Source: Spirochaetia bacterium (GTDB lineage Bacteria; Spirochaetota; Spirochaetia; SZUA-6; Bin103). From it: a DNA stretch of 64,000 bases. A program made the position numbers and the translations under genes. The stretch lies in NCBI GenBank assembly GCA_965203905.1, contig CBDBDQ010000005.1, positions 3,168,001-3,232,000 of the forward strand. The letters run 5' to 3'. Position 1 is the stretch's first letter; each line of letters opens with the position of its first letter. Positions 49,481 through 58,508 of this stretch are shown piece by piece. Below the pieces are notes generated by a model. The model ran no database searches, had not been told where the DNA came from, and saw only the letters and a list, made by a program, of their open reading frames with translations.

Positions 49481-50494
49481 ATGGCGGGAGTGGAGCCGCG
49501 CAACATCCTCGAGGTGGACGACCTCACGGTGGAGTTCCACGGGGACGAGGGGGTCGCAAAGGCGGTCAACGGCGTCTCGTTCGCGGTGCGGGAGGGGCAG
49601 TCGGTGGGCATCGTCGGCGAGAGCGGCTGCGGCAAGTCGGTGTCGGCCTACTCGGTCCTGCGCCTGCTGGCCGACACCGCGCGCATCACCGGCGGCGCGA
49701 TCCGCTACCGGGAGCGCGACGGCGCGGTGACCGACCTCACCACGCTGGATCCCGACGGCGAGCACATCCGGCGGCTGCGCGGCGCCGAGATCTCGATGAT
49801 CTTCCAGGAGCCGATGACCGCCTTCAGCCCGGTGCACACCATCAGCAACCAGATCTCCGAGCTGCTGATGCTGCACACCGGCATCGACAAGGAGGAGGCG
49901 AGGGCCAGGACCATCGAGCTGCTGCGCCGGACCGGCATCCCGGACCCGGAGCAGCGGGTGGATGACTACACCTTCCAGTTGAGCGGCGGGATGCGGCAGC
50001 GGGCGATGATCTCCCTGGGAATCGCCTGCGGGCCGCGCATCCTGATCGCGGACGAACCGACCACGGCGCTGGACGTGACCATCCAGGCGCAGGTGCTGAA
50101 GATGATCAAGGAGATGCAGCGGCAGATGGGCCTGTCGCTGATCCTGATCACCCACGACCTGGCCATCATCTCCAAGATGGTGGAGCACGTGTACGTGATG
50201 TACCTGGGGAAGGTGGTGGAGAGCGCGCCGGTACGGGAGCTGTTTCGCAATCCGCGCCACCCATATACCAGGAATCTGCTGAAATCGGTGCCGCGGATGC
50301 GGCAGCAGGGGGAGCGGCTGCACACCATCGAGGGTGCGGTGCCCACCACCTACCTGCTGCCCACGGGATGCGGCTTCCACCCGCGCTGCGAGGAGATGAT
50401 CGCGGGCACCTGCGAGGTGTCCGAGCCGCCGGCGGTGAGCATCGGCGCCGGCCACGTCGCCACCTGCCACAACATACCGGTACCCGCGCCGTGA
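49481..50494 (+). CDS. ABC transporter ATP-binding protein (DppD-like)
   Basis: GESGCGKS, LSGGMRQR, ADEPTTALD. Confidence 0.95.
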   Translation: MAGVEPRNILEVDDLTVEFHGDEGVAKAVNGVSFAVREGQSVGIVGESGCGKSVSAYSVLRLLADTARITGGAIRYRERDGAVTDLTTLDPDGEHIRRLRGAEISMIFQEPMTAFSPVHTISNQISELLMLHTGIDKEEARARTIELLRRTGIPDPEQRVDDYTFQLSGGMRQRAMISLGIACGPRILIADEPTTALDVTIQAQVLKMIKEMQRQMGLSLILITHDLAIISKMVEHVYVMYLGKVVESAPVRELFRNPRHPYTRNLLKSVPRMRQQGERLHTIEGAVPTTYLLPTGCGFHPRCEEMIAGTCEVSEPPAVSIGAGHVATCHNIPVPAP

Positions 50495-51495
50495 ACGATA
50501 TCCTGCTCCAGGTCCGAAACCTCAAGAAGTACTTTCCGGTGGAGCGCGGCTTTCTGCGCCGCGGCCACGACTTCATCCGCGCGGTGGACGACATTTCGTT
50601 CGTCGTTGCCCGCGGCACGATCCTGGGGCTGATCGGCGAGAGCGGCTGCGGCAAGACCACCACGGTCAAGACCATCATGCGCGCCATGCCGCCGACCGCG
50701 GGGAGCATCGAGTACCTCACCCAGGAGCGGCGGCTGGTGGACCTCGCGCAGTTGACCCGGAAGGAGTTGAAGCCCCTCCGCAAGGAGATCCAGATGATCT
50801 TCCAGGACCCGTTCAGCTCGCTGAACCCGCGCATGACCGCGCTCGACATCGTGGCCGAGCCGCTCAAGGTGCTGAAGTGGCGCAAGCCCGCCTACCGACT
50901 GCGGGTGGAGGAGCTGATGGACCTGGTGGGCCTGGACCCGCGCTTCCTGTCGCGCTACCCGCACGCCTTCAGCGGTGGCCAGCGGCAGCGCCTGGGCATC
51001 GCCAGGGCGCTCGCCTCCTCACCCTCGCTGCTGTTCGCCGACGAGCCGGTGTCGGCGCTCGACGTCTCGGTGCAGGCGCAGATCCTCAACCTGCTGCTCG
51101 ACATCCAGGCGCAGATGGGACTGACGGTGGTGATCATCGCCCACGACCTGGGCGTGGTGCGCTACATCTGCAGGGAGGTGGCGATCATGTACCTGGGCAA
51201 GATCGTCGAGCAGGGGGATACCAGGGAGATCTACACCCGGCCCCGGCACCCCTATACCGCCGGCCTGCTGGCGGCCAGCCCGGACACCGACCCGGACACC
51301 CCGTGGGCGGAGGACCTGCTCACCGGCGACGTGCCGAGCCCGATCGGCGAGCGCCGGGGCTGCGTGTTCGCGTCGCGCTGCAGCCATGCGGAGGAGCGCT
51401 GCAACGGCGAAGTGCCGGAGCTGGCGCCGGTCGCCGGCAGCGACCGCGCGGTGGCCTGCTGGCGCGCCGGTGACCTGGTGCTGCGCGGCATTTGA
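50491..51495 (+). CDS. ABC transporter ATP-binding protein (DppF-like)
   Basis: GESGCGKTT, FSGGQRQR, ADEPVSALD. Confidence 0.95.
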   Translation: MNDILLQVRNLKKYFPVERGFLRRGHDFIRAVDDISFVVARGTILGLIGESGCGKTTTVKTIMRAMPPTAGSIEYLTQERRLVDLAQLTRKELKPLRKEIQMIFQDPFSSLNPRMTALDIVAEPLKVLKWRKPAYRLRVEELMDLVGLDPRFLSRYPHAFSGGQRQRLGIARALASSPSLLFADEPVSALDVSVQAQILNLLLDIQAQMGLTVVIIAHDLGVVRYICREVAIMYLGKIVEQGDTREIYTRPRHPYTAGLLAASPDTDPDTPWAEDLLTGDVPSPIGERRGCVFASRCSHAEERCNGEVPELAPVAGSDRAVACWRAGDLVLRGI

Positions 51496-51549
51496 ACGGC
51501 CGCCGTGCTGGGTGCTGGCCGCTCGACAGGCGGCAGACGTCAGGTGCCT

Positions 51550-52356
51550 TCAGGTGAAGGTCCTGGTCCCCCACCGAACCTGGCCGAGGATCTCGGCCCC
51601 GTCCGGCCAGGGTCGCGGTATCCGGCCAGGGTTGTCGCAGACGAGTTGCCAGCGCCCGGCGGCGTCCCGGCCGGCGCGCCTGACCACCAGCCCGTCGCCG
51701 GTGCGGACCGCGAACACGCGCCCCGAGCGGCGCCGGCGTTGTGCCAGGTTGACGAGGATCGTGGAGCCGACGTTCAGCGTAGGGTCCATGGAGTCGCCCG
51801 GAACGCGCATCACCGCGCACTGCGAGGCGTCGAGCCCATGCTGGTCGAGCCAGGAGCGGCGGAAGGCGAGGCAGCCGACTCGAGTCGAATCGCCGAGCAG
51901 TGCATCCCGAGGCGCCGCCAACCGGACCTCGTAGCAGTCGACGAAACGCGCTCCGGGGATCGCTCGCGGCTCCCGCGCCCACACCACGTCAGCCGCGAAG
52001 CGCTCGTCCTCGGCAGCGGCGGGCGCACCGCGGCCGAAGTCCGGTCCCCGGGCCACGAGCTCTCGCATTTCGGAGCGAAGGTCGTCCATCAGTTGCGTGA
52101 CCCACGGCGGCGGCGGTTCGCGTTCGCGGATGGCGGCCGCATCGCCGTCGCGGCCAGAAAGCCCCGGCCGCCGCGGGCCGACGTAGAACTCCAGTCCCAG
52201 TTCCTCGCACAGCGCCACCAGGGTCGACACCCGTACGTCCATACCTCGCTTGATGCTGCGAATGGCGCTCTCATGCCCCACCGCGGCAATGGACACGTCC
52301 CGACCCGAGCGTCCGCTGCGAGCGAGGGCCGCCAGGATGGCGTCCAGGTAGGTCAT
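51550..52356 (-). CDS. CI-like repressor: N-terminal HTH plus S24 peptidase-like domain
   Basis: HTH (..STLVALCEELGLEF), MRVPGDSMDPTL..G, ..LGQVRW. Confidence 0.88.
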   Translation of the reverse strand: MTYLDAILAALARSGRSGRDVSIAAVGHESAIRSIKRGMDVRVSTLVALCEELGLEFYVGPRRPGLSGRDGDAAAIREREPPPPWVTQLMDDLRSEMRELVARGPDFGRGAPAAAEDERFAADVVWAREPRAIPGARFVDCYEVRLAAPRDALLGDSTRVGCLAFRRSWLDQHGLDASQCAVMRVPGDSMDPTLNVGSTILVNLAQRRRRSGRVFAVRTGDGLVVRRAGRDAAGRWQLVCDNPGRIPRPWPDGAEILGQVRWGTRTFT

Positions 52357-52451
52357 ACGTGCCCTACAGTGTACTTCGATCCTCCTTCGGCGTACACGCG
52401 CCTGCGCTGGCAACGGTTCTGTGGACTTACGAGGACGATCCACGGTCCGAC

Positions 52452-52526
52452 TCGCGAATTGGCGAACTCCGACCGTCAATTTCACGAACTCTCTGCCGAT
52501 TTCACGAACTTCCCGCCGATTCGCGA
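52452..52526. repeat. Operator-like array between the CI-like and Cro-like genes
   Basis: ATTTCACGAACT at 52479 and 52499 (20-bp period), enclosed by 13-bp inverted repeats TCGCGAATTGGCG / CGCCGATTCGCGA (one mismatch). Confidence 0.7.
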
Positions 52527-52731
52527 CTAATCGAGTCTCGATTTCCGAATTGAGGAAGTGCGCTCTCGATAAGTGAATTTTGGAAAAAGAGATAGCAGGG
52601 ATACGGGGCGCTGCATCTTACAGTGCCAAACGAGCCGGCGGTGACCATCACTTACGAAATCGCGTGCTCAGGCGCGGATTTTGGGCGGCGACGGCGTTGA
52701 CCGTCGAGTCATTTGTGCCCCACTGTGAGGC

Positions 52732-53007
52732 ATGAACGCCCTGAACGCCACCCTTGTGACCCTCGCCTCGGGGTACGCGCATTGGCGCGGCGTGAGCCTC
52801 TGGCGTGTCGGTCACCTCGCCGCCAGCCGCGGGTCCTTCTTCGTAGACCTCAGAGACGGACGCCGGCACTGCCAGACCAACACCTACAGCCGCGTGCTGC
52901 AGTGGTTCTCCGACAACTGGCCCACCGACCTGGAGTGGCCGGCGGAGGTTCAGCGGCCGCAGGCTTCCCGCGCCCCGCAGCGTGACGCGGTCGGCGCCGG
53001 TGCCTGA
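52732..53007 (+). CDS. Small Cro-like phage DNA-binding protein
   Basis: Divergent from the CI-like gene; SLWRVG...FF..LR.G...T.TY..VLQWFSDNWP..LEWP; upstream TTGACC-18-CACTGT. Confidence 0.7.
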   Translation: MNALNATLVTLASGYAHWRGVSLWRVGHLAASRGSFFVDLRDGRRHCQTNTYSRVLQWFSDNWPTDLEWPAEVQRPQASRAPQRDAVGAGA

Positions 53008-53106
53008 TGCGAGCGGGCCCGCTCTGGCGTCCGTCGATTGAGACTCCCAACATTCTGAGAAGTACCCGCTAAGCCAGCGTAGCCCTCCCCCATCGGTCGT
53101 CGACTG

Positions 53107-54792
53107 TCAGCGGCGCAGGGAGACCGACAGCCGCTGGTGCAGGGCGGCGGCATCGGAAGCGGTGGTGAGGCGTTGCTCGCCGTCGCGGCTCATGGTGCGG
53201 GCGATCGCGGCGAGGATCTGCAGTTGCAGCCCTTCCTGACGCGCCGGGGTCAGGACCAGGAACACGAACTTGACCGGCTCGCCGTCCGGTGCGTCCCAGG
53301 CCACCCCATCCGGAGCTCGTCCGAACGCGATCAGCGGCCGGCGCAGGGTTTCGATCCGGGCATGCGGAACCGCGATACCGTGGCCGATGCCGGTCCCCTG
53401 CAGGCGCTCGCGCGTCTCGACCGCGGCAGTCAGGTCTTCGATGGACAGGTGGGTGGAGGGAGCGGCGGCACGGCACAGCTCCCGGATGGCGGCGAAGCGG
53501 TCCGTCGCGTCGAGCGCGGGGAGGATCGCGTTGCGCGCCAGAATCCGTGCCAAGTCGACCCGCTCGCGGCGCCGAATCGACCACGACAGCCACGGCGCCA
53601 CCAGCAGCGCCGAAGCGACTGCCGAGCACACGATGGCAACGAAGATCTGGGTGGAGATGATCTGGTACTCCAGCGCCACGCCCGCCACCACGATGCCGGT
53701 GACCCCGCTGGGGGTGAACGCGATGCCGATCGAGACCCGATCCTGGGGCGAGATGTCGCGCCCGAGGGCACCCAGCCAAGCGCCGAGGAACTTGGCCACG
53801 ATCGACACTCCGGTGACGAACAGGACCAGCAGGAGGTCAAAGTTGGCGATGAAGTCCAGGTGCAGGGCGAGCCCCGCGAAGTAGAGCGGGACGAAGATGG
53901 AGTGCACCATCTGGCCGATGATGTCGCGCGTGCGCTCGGTCAGGTGACGCGCCTCGCCGGCCATGATCCCCGCCAGGAAGAAGCCGAACAGCGCCGTGAG
54001 TCCTACCAGTTGCGTCAGCGCGCCGCAGGCCAGCCCCAGGCAGCACACGAAGGTAAGCACCGCCCCCGGATTCTGCTCGGTGCGGGAGCGCAGGCGTGAC
54101 ACGGCGGCGTCGACCAGACGCAGGCCGATGGTCACGGAGAAGGCGGTGAAGGCGAGCGTGAACAGCAGCAGGAAGGCGATCGAGCCGAGATTGACGGCGG
54201 CACTGGTGGCGACCGCCAGCACCATGCTGAACACGATCCAGGCCAGCACGTCGTTCACCGCGTAGCCGCACAGCGTCACCAGTCCCAGGTCGCTCTTCAC
54301 CAGGTCGAGGTCGTGCAGCACGCGGGCGATGATCACCATCGCGCTGATCGCCATGGTGGTGCCCAGAAAGAGGGCGAAGATGATGCGCCGGTCGGGATCC
54401 GCCAGCACCCGGTCGGGCAGCAGGAAGGAGAGCGCCGCGCCCACCAGCAACGGCACCAGCACGCCAATGATGCCGATACGCAGTGCCGGCCCCCGCGCGC
54501 GCCAGGCGGCGCTCACGTCCACGTGCAGGCCGGTCTCCAGCAGCAGGAACAGGACGCCGAACCAGGACACCACCTCCAGCATGCTGCGCTGCACCGCGTT
54601 GGGCGGAAACAGCATGTGGTGCAGTTCCGGAAACGCCCGGCCCAGCAGGGTCGGGCCGAGCAGCACGCCGACCAGGATCTCGCCCACGATCGGCGCCTGC
54701 CCGAAGTGGCGCAGCAGCTCGCCGGCACCGCGCGCCAGCACCAGCAACACGAACACCTGCACCAGGAATATCAGCAGGTTGTGCTCGGTCAT
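53107..54792 (-). CDS. Cation:proton antiporter (CPA2-like) fused to a PTS EIIA domain
   Basis: GEILVGVLLGPT and about 12 transmembrane segments; C-terminal RERLQGTGIGHGIAVPHAR...WDAPDG. Confidence 0.92.
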   Translation of the reverse strand: MTEHNLLIFLVQVFVLLVLARGAGELLRHFGQAPIVGEILVGVLLGPTLLGRAFPELHHMLFPPNAVQRSMLEVVSWFGVLFLLLETGLHVDVSAAWRARGPALRIGIIGVLVPLLVGAALSFLLPDRVLADPDRRIIFALFLGTTMAISAMVIIARVLHDLDLVKSDLGLVTLCGYAVNDVLAWIVFSMVLAVATSAAVNLGSIAFLLLFTLAFTAFSVTIGLRLVDAAVSRLRSRTEQNPGAVLTFVCCLGLACGALTQLVGLTALFGFFLAGIMAGEARHLTERTRDIIGQMVHSIFVPLYFAGLALHLDFIANFDLLLVLFVTGVSIVAKFLGAWLGALGRDISPQDRVSIGIAFTPSGVTGIVVAGVALEYQIISTQIFVAIVCSAVASALLVAPWLSWSIRRRERVDLARILARNAILPALDATDRFAAIRELCRAAAPSTHLSIEDLTAAVETRERLQGTGIGHGIAVPHARIETLRRPLIAFGRAPDGVAWDAPDGEPVKFVFLVLTPARQEGLQLQILAAIARTMSRDGEQRLTTASDAAALHQRLSVSLRR

Positions 54793-54839
54793 CGCTGCTT
54801 TCTTGTCTCAGTCACCGCGTACTGTGGGCGTGGGCGCGC

Positions 54840-56360
54840 TTACTCCACCGCCTGCAGCCGCCCTTCGACGACCGGGGCGACGGAGCCTTGCGCGGCGATG
54901 AATTCGATCACCTGGGTGGCCATCAGGGTGCCGGCGTAGGCATCGACCAGGCGCACCTTGTCCTCGAACACGTCGTAGCCGTCGCCGCCGTTGCCCATGT
55001 AGTCGTTGGTGGCCAGGGTGAGGGTGGCATCCGGGTCGAACGCCGTCCCGTCGCGAGTGACCTCGAGCACCCGTTCGCCACCCGGCCGGGCCGGGTCGTA
55101 GCGCACGCTGAGACCGGAAACGTGGGGAAAGCGGCCGGCCCCCTCCTCGATCTGGCTGAGGCCGTTCTCCAGGGCCGCGACGACGTCGCGCCCGGTGAGC
55201 TGCAGCACCACCGTCTTGTTCCCGAACGGCAGTTCGCTCAGGATGTCGCGCCGGGTCAGCGTGGTGCCCGGCGGATACACCTTGTTGGCCCGGATGCCGC
55301 CGCCGTTGGTCACGGCGACGTCGGCGCCGGTGGCCGCACGCAGTGCGTCTGCGATCAGATTGCCGATCGCCGCCTCCTTGCCGCGGATGGTGGCGCGCCG
55401 GCTGTCGAGCTCCGTGGCGGTGGTGCCGATCTCGACGTCGAGCTCTTCCGAGAGCTGGTCGAGGTAGAACCGGGCCGCCGCGGCGAGTTCCGCGTCCGGC
55501 GTCACGCGCGCGGTGTTGATGATGCGGAAGGAAGGGCTCCAGGTGAAGCGCATGCTGCCGCGGCGCTCCACCTCGTCGAGGGTGAGGTCGATGACCGTCA
55601 CCCAGTCGGCCTGCTCGCCCGACTCCGCGAACAGCACGTCGCCGCTGAAGTCGAGGCGGAGCTGGTGGTCGTCGCCGCTGAGCAGCATGTCCACCGCGCC
55701 CTGTCGCCGCAACGCATCGTCTTCGCCGGTGTCGGTGTGCGCCAGCGCGATCACCAGGTCGGCGCCGGCCTCGCGCAGCGCCGCGCTCTGCTCGGCCGCC
55801 ACCTCCTCGACCGGCCGGAAGGTCACCGCGCCGGGACTGGACTTGACCGCGGTCCCGAGCGTGGTGAGCCCGAAGATGCCGACCTGGTAGGGGCCCACCG
55901 GCACCAGGATCGACGCCTGGGCGCCGTCGATGATCTCGCCGTCGCTGTCGATGTTGTTCGCACCCAGCATCGGAAAATTCGCCTCGGCGATGCGTTGCCT
56001 GGCGACCTCCGGCCCGAAGTCGTACTCGTGATTGCCGATCGCCATGGCGCTGAGGCCGAGCCGGTTCAGGAGCTCGATCATGTGGGCGCCCTGGTCGAAA
56101 CCGGACATCAGCGACGGAGAGATGGCGTCGCCGGCAAAGGTAACGATGACGTTCTCCTTGCTCGCCCGTTCGCCATTGATCACCGCCGCCAGCCGGGCGA
56201 TGCCACCCTGACCGCCGCTCTCCTCCATGCGGTCCAGGTCGTTGAAGTGCACGATGGTCAACTCGACCGGCTCGGCCACGACGTTGCCGGCGACCAGCAG
56301 CATCGCGACGAAGGCCGCCGCGGCCAACGTGCGGGAGATCCGGTGTCCAGTCCTATCCAT
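54840..56360 (-). CDS. Secreted 5'-nucleotidase (metallophosphoesterase)
   Basis: Signal peptide, HFND, AGD, GNHEYD, NGGGIR, LPFGN, GGDGY. Confidence 0.93.
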   Translation of the reverse strand: MDRTGHRISRTLAAAAFVAMLLVAGNVVAEPVELTIVHFNDLDRMEESGGQGGIARLAAVINGERASKENVIVTFAGDAISPSLMSGFDQGAHMIELLNRLGLSAMAIGNHEYDFGPEVARQRIAEANFPMLGANNIDSDGEIIDGAQASILVPVGPYQVGIFGLTTLGTAVKSSPGAVTFRPVEEVAAEQSAALREAGADLVIALAHTDTGEDDALRRQGAVDMLLSGDDHQLRLDFSGDVLFAESGEQADWVTVIDLTLDEVERRGSMRFTWSPSFRIINTARVTPDAELAAAARFYLDQLSEELDVEIGTTATELDSRRATIRGKEAAIGNLIADALRAATGADVAVTNGGGIRANKVYPPGTTLTRRDILSELPFGNKTVVLQLTGRDVVAALENGLSQIEEGAGRFPHVSGLSVRYDPARPGGERVLEVTRDGTAFDPDATLTLATNDYMGNGGDGYDVFEDKVRLVDAYAGTLMATQVIEFIAAQGSVAPVVEGRLQAVE

Positions 56361-56432
56361 GAGAAGAATCCTCCGTTGTTCGATTGTCGGGTGCGAGGCA
56401 AGGCGGCAGCGGACCGCCCCAGGCTTGCAGCT

Positions 56433-56461
56433 ACTCTACCGGCACGGAGGCCGGCCTGCAA
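56433..56461 (-). promoter_or_regulatory. Sigma-70-like promoter
   Basis: TTGCAG-17nt-TAGAGT. Confidence 0.55.
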
Positions 56462-56580
56462 CGATTGGCGTGCGAGGATCGGAGTGGAATGAACTCCTCA
56501 CAGTTGCACCTGCACGATGGCTGGGCGCTGCCCTGGTCACCAGTGACCGCGCGAATTCGGGCGGATGCCGGAGCTGCGCG

Positions 56581-58470
56581 TCAGAAATCGAGTGCCGGCA
56601 GGTAGCCGCTGGGTTGCAGCGCGTTGGGGCGGTGGCGCGGTGCTATTACGGGGACGTTGTTGCCGGCTCCCCAGATCTGCCAGCTCGATTCGTTGATCAG
56701 CAGCAGGCAGCCGCACCCGTAGCGCGGCAGGTCCAGCACCGTGAGGTGGCGCACCCGGCCGCAGCGCTCGGGAAACGGCCGCACCAGGCGGCCGGTGAGA
56801 GGATCGAGGATGCCGCTGCGGTTCACCACCAGGTCGCTGCCGGCGGTGCCCCACGGCAGCGGACGGTTGCCCGCCTCGGCCGCCATCTCCACCCAGCGGC
56901 TGATCAGCTCCAGCCGGTGGTCGAGCAGCACGGTGATGCCGGGCTCGCGCCACTGGGTGACGGCCAGGAGCTGCGGTTCGGGACGCCCCGGAATGAAGCG
57001 GCCCAGCGCGTAGTGCTGAACGTGGCCCCACTTGAGCTGGGTGCGGATGACGCCGGTGCGCGGCTCGATCTCCATCAGCCCCTCCTCGCCGGCGGCGACG
57101 TAGAAGCGCGGCTCGGCGTGCAGGGCGAACAGCCCGATGGCGTCGGAGTGGTCCGGCAGGTCCAGCGACCAAACCGTCTCGCCGGCGGGCGAGAGCAGCG
57201 TGCGGCTGGCGAACAGGTAGTCCGGCTCGCCGGCCCTGAGCTGTACCGGCAGCGGGAAGTGGCCCGTGTTCAGGGCCCGATGCCAGCGCAATTCCAGGTG
57301 GCGGTCGTACAGCCACAGGTTCCAGTAGCGATCCTTCACGTAGAAGCCCGGGGGCTGTCCCACCTCGGTGAGGACGGGGCAGATGGCATCGCCCAGCAGC
57401 CGTTGGTGCGGATAATCGGCGTGCTCGCGGTAGGGGTTGGCCGGCGGCGCGTCCACCGTGGCGCGGTGCGCGCCGCTCACCGCGTCGTGGACGTGGATCC
57501 CGAAGTCGGCTGTGAACACCAGCTCGCGCCTGCCGTCGCCGTCGATGTCGAAGCTGCACAGCGGCAGGTCGCCGCCCTGGCTCAAGGGAAACCGGAACGG
57601 CCCCAGCCGCCAGCGGGCGCCTTCGATCAGGTGCTGGCAGTGGACCTCGGTGCCGTGATCGGCATCGGCCAGCAGCTCCGGCAGCCCGTCTCCGTCCAGG
57701 TCCTGAAACAGCACCCGGCTGCGGCACAACGCTTCATCCAGAGCACCCTCGGCCAGCAGCTTCATCTCCGGGGGCTCCGGCAGCGGCAGCTCGGACTGCC
57801 GGACCCGGTGGCCGGTGACCTGCACCGGTCCGTAGGTCGACTCGCCGCTGCACACCAGGGCGCCCCTGCCGTGGGTGTAGCGGCCGTCGACGACGCGGAC
57901 GGTCGGTCCGTCCACCAGCCCCGCCTGCAGCTCGCTGCCTGCGACCCGGATCAGCATGCGGTACTCGGGCAGCGGCGCGGCCAGCGGCACCTGGGCCAGC
58001 ACCTGGTGGCAGTCGCCGCTACGCCGCACCAGCCGCAGGCCGGCACCGTCCTCGACCGTGAGCGCGTAGTAGTGGCGGCCGTCCTGGTAGCGGAACGCAA
58101 CCCCGGTGGGTCCGTCGCAGCCGCCGCTGCAACTGGCGCGCAACTCGTAGTCGGTCCAGCGCCAGTCGCCGAAGGCGAGGGTAGGGGTCGGCGGATACTG
58201 GATCGTCACGTACGGATCGATGGCGCCGCACTCGTCCAGCATCCGCTGCCGCCGGCTCTCCCGCTCGCGCGCGCAACTGCGGATCTGGCGTACCCGGCTG
58301 CCCTCGATGATCCAGTTGGGGGCGTCCCAGTTGGACAGCAACGACTCCTCGCGCACCGCCGCGCGCGAGAACGTGTCGTCCGCCCGGCGCACGGCCAGCT
58401 CCTCGGTGCGCAGCCGGTCGAAGCGCAGGTCGAAGCTGAAACGCTCGGTGCTCAGGGTTGCAAGGTTCAT
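56581..58470 (-). CDS. PL11-like FG-GAP propeller protein with an N-terminal beta-sandwich
   Basis: GVAFRYQDGRHYY domain; DLDGDG and DIDGDG repeats, VKDRYW, TGHFP, DHSD, GHVQ. Confidence 0.75.
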   Translation of the reverse strand: MNLATLSTERFSFDLRFDRLRTEELAVRRADDTFSRAAVREESLLSNWDAPNWIIEGSRVRQIRSCARERESRRQRMLDECGAIDPYVTIQYPPTPTLAFGDWRWTDYELRASCSGGCDGPTGVAFRYQDGRHYYALTVEDGAGLRLVRRSGDCHQVLAQVPLAAPLPEYRMLIRVAGSELQAGLVDGPTVRVVDGRYTHGRGALVCSGESTYGPVQVTGHRVRQSELPLPEPPEMKLLAEGALDEALCRSRVLFQDLDGDGLPELLADADHGTEVHCQHLIEGARWRLGPFRFPLSQGGDLPLCSFDIDGDGRRELVFTADFGIHVHDAVSGAHRATVDAPPANPYREHADYPHQRLLGDAICPVLTEVGQPPGFYVKDRYWNLWLYDRHLELRWHRALNTGHFPLPVQLRAGEPDYLFASRTLLSPAGETVWSLDLPDHSDAIGLFALHAEPRFYVAAGEEGLMEIEPRTGVIRTQLKWGHVQHYALGRFIPGRPEPQLLAVTQWREPGITVLLDHRLELISRWVEMAAEAGNRPLPWGTAGSDLVVNRSGILDPLTGRLVRPFPERCGRVRHLTVLDLPRYGCGCLLLINESSWQIWGAGNNVPVIAPRHRPNALQPSGYLPALDF

Positions 58471-58508
58471 GAGAGTCGATGCCGGACGGGGACCGCAGTG
58501 CGGTGCGG

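Noticed and set aside
47607-50494. Extended ORFs suggesting fused ABC subunits or frameshifting at the T run near 48319-48325
   Set aside because: Each subunit has its own start and stop (48330, 49481, 50491); the extensions are open-frame artefacts.
52452-52526. Possible mini-CRISPR or iteron origin
   Set aside because: Repeats are 12-13 bp with 8-bp gaps, and no cas or rep gene is nearby; operators fit better.
51550-53007. Intact prophage
   Set aside because: No integrase, att-adjacent tRNA, replication, terminase or structural genes; the flanks are host transporters.
56361-56580. Riboswitch upstream of the 5'-nucleotidase
   Set aside because: No recognisable aptamer consensus; a plain promoter and SD explain the region.
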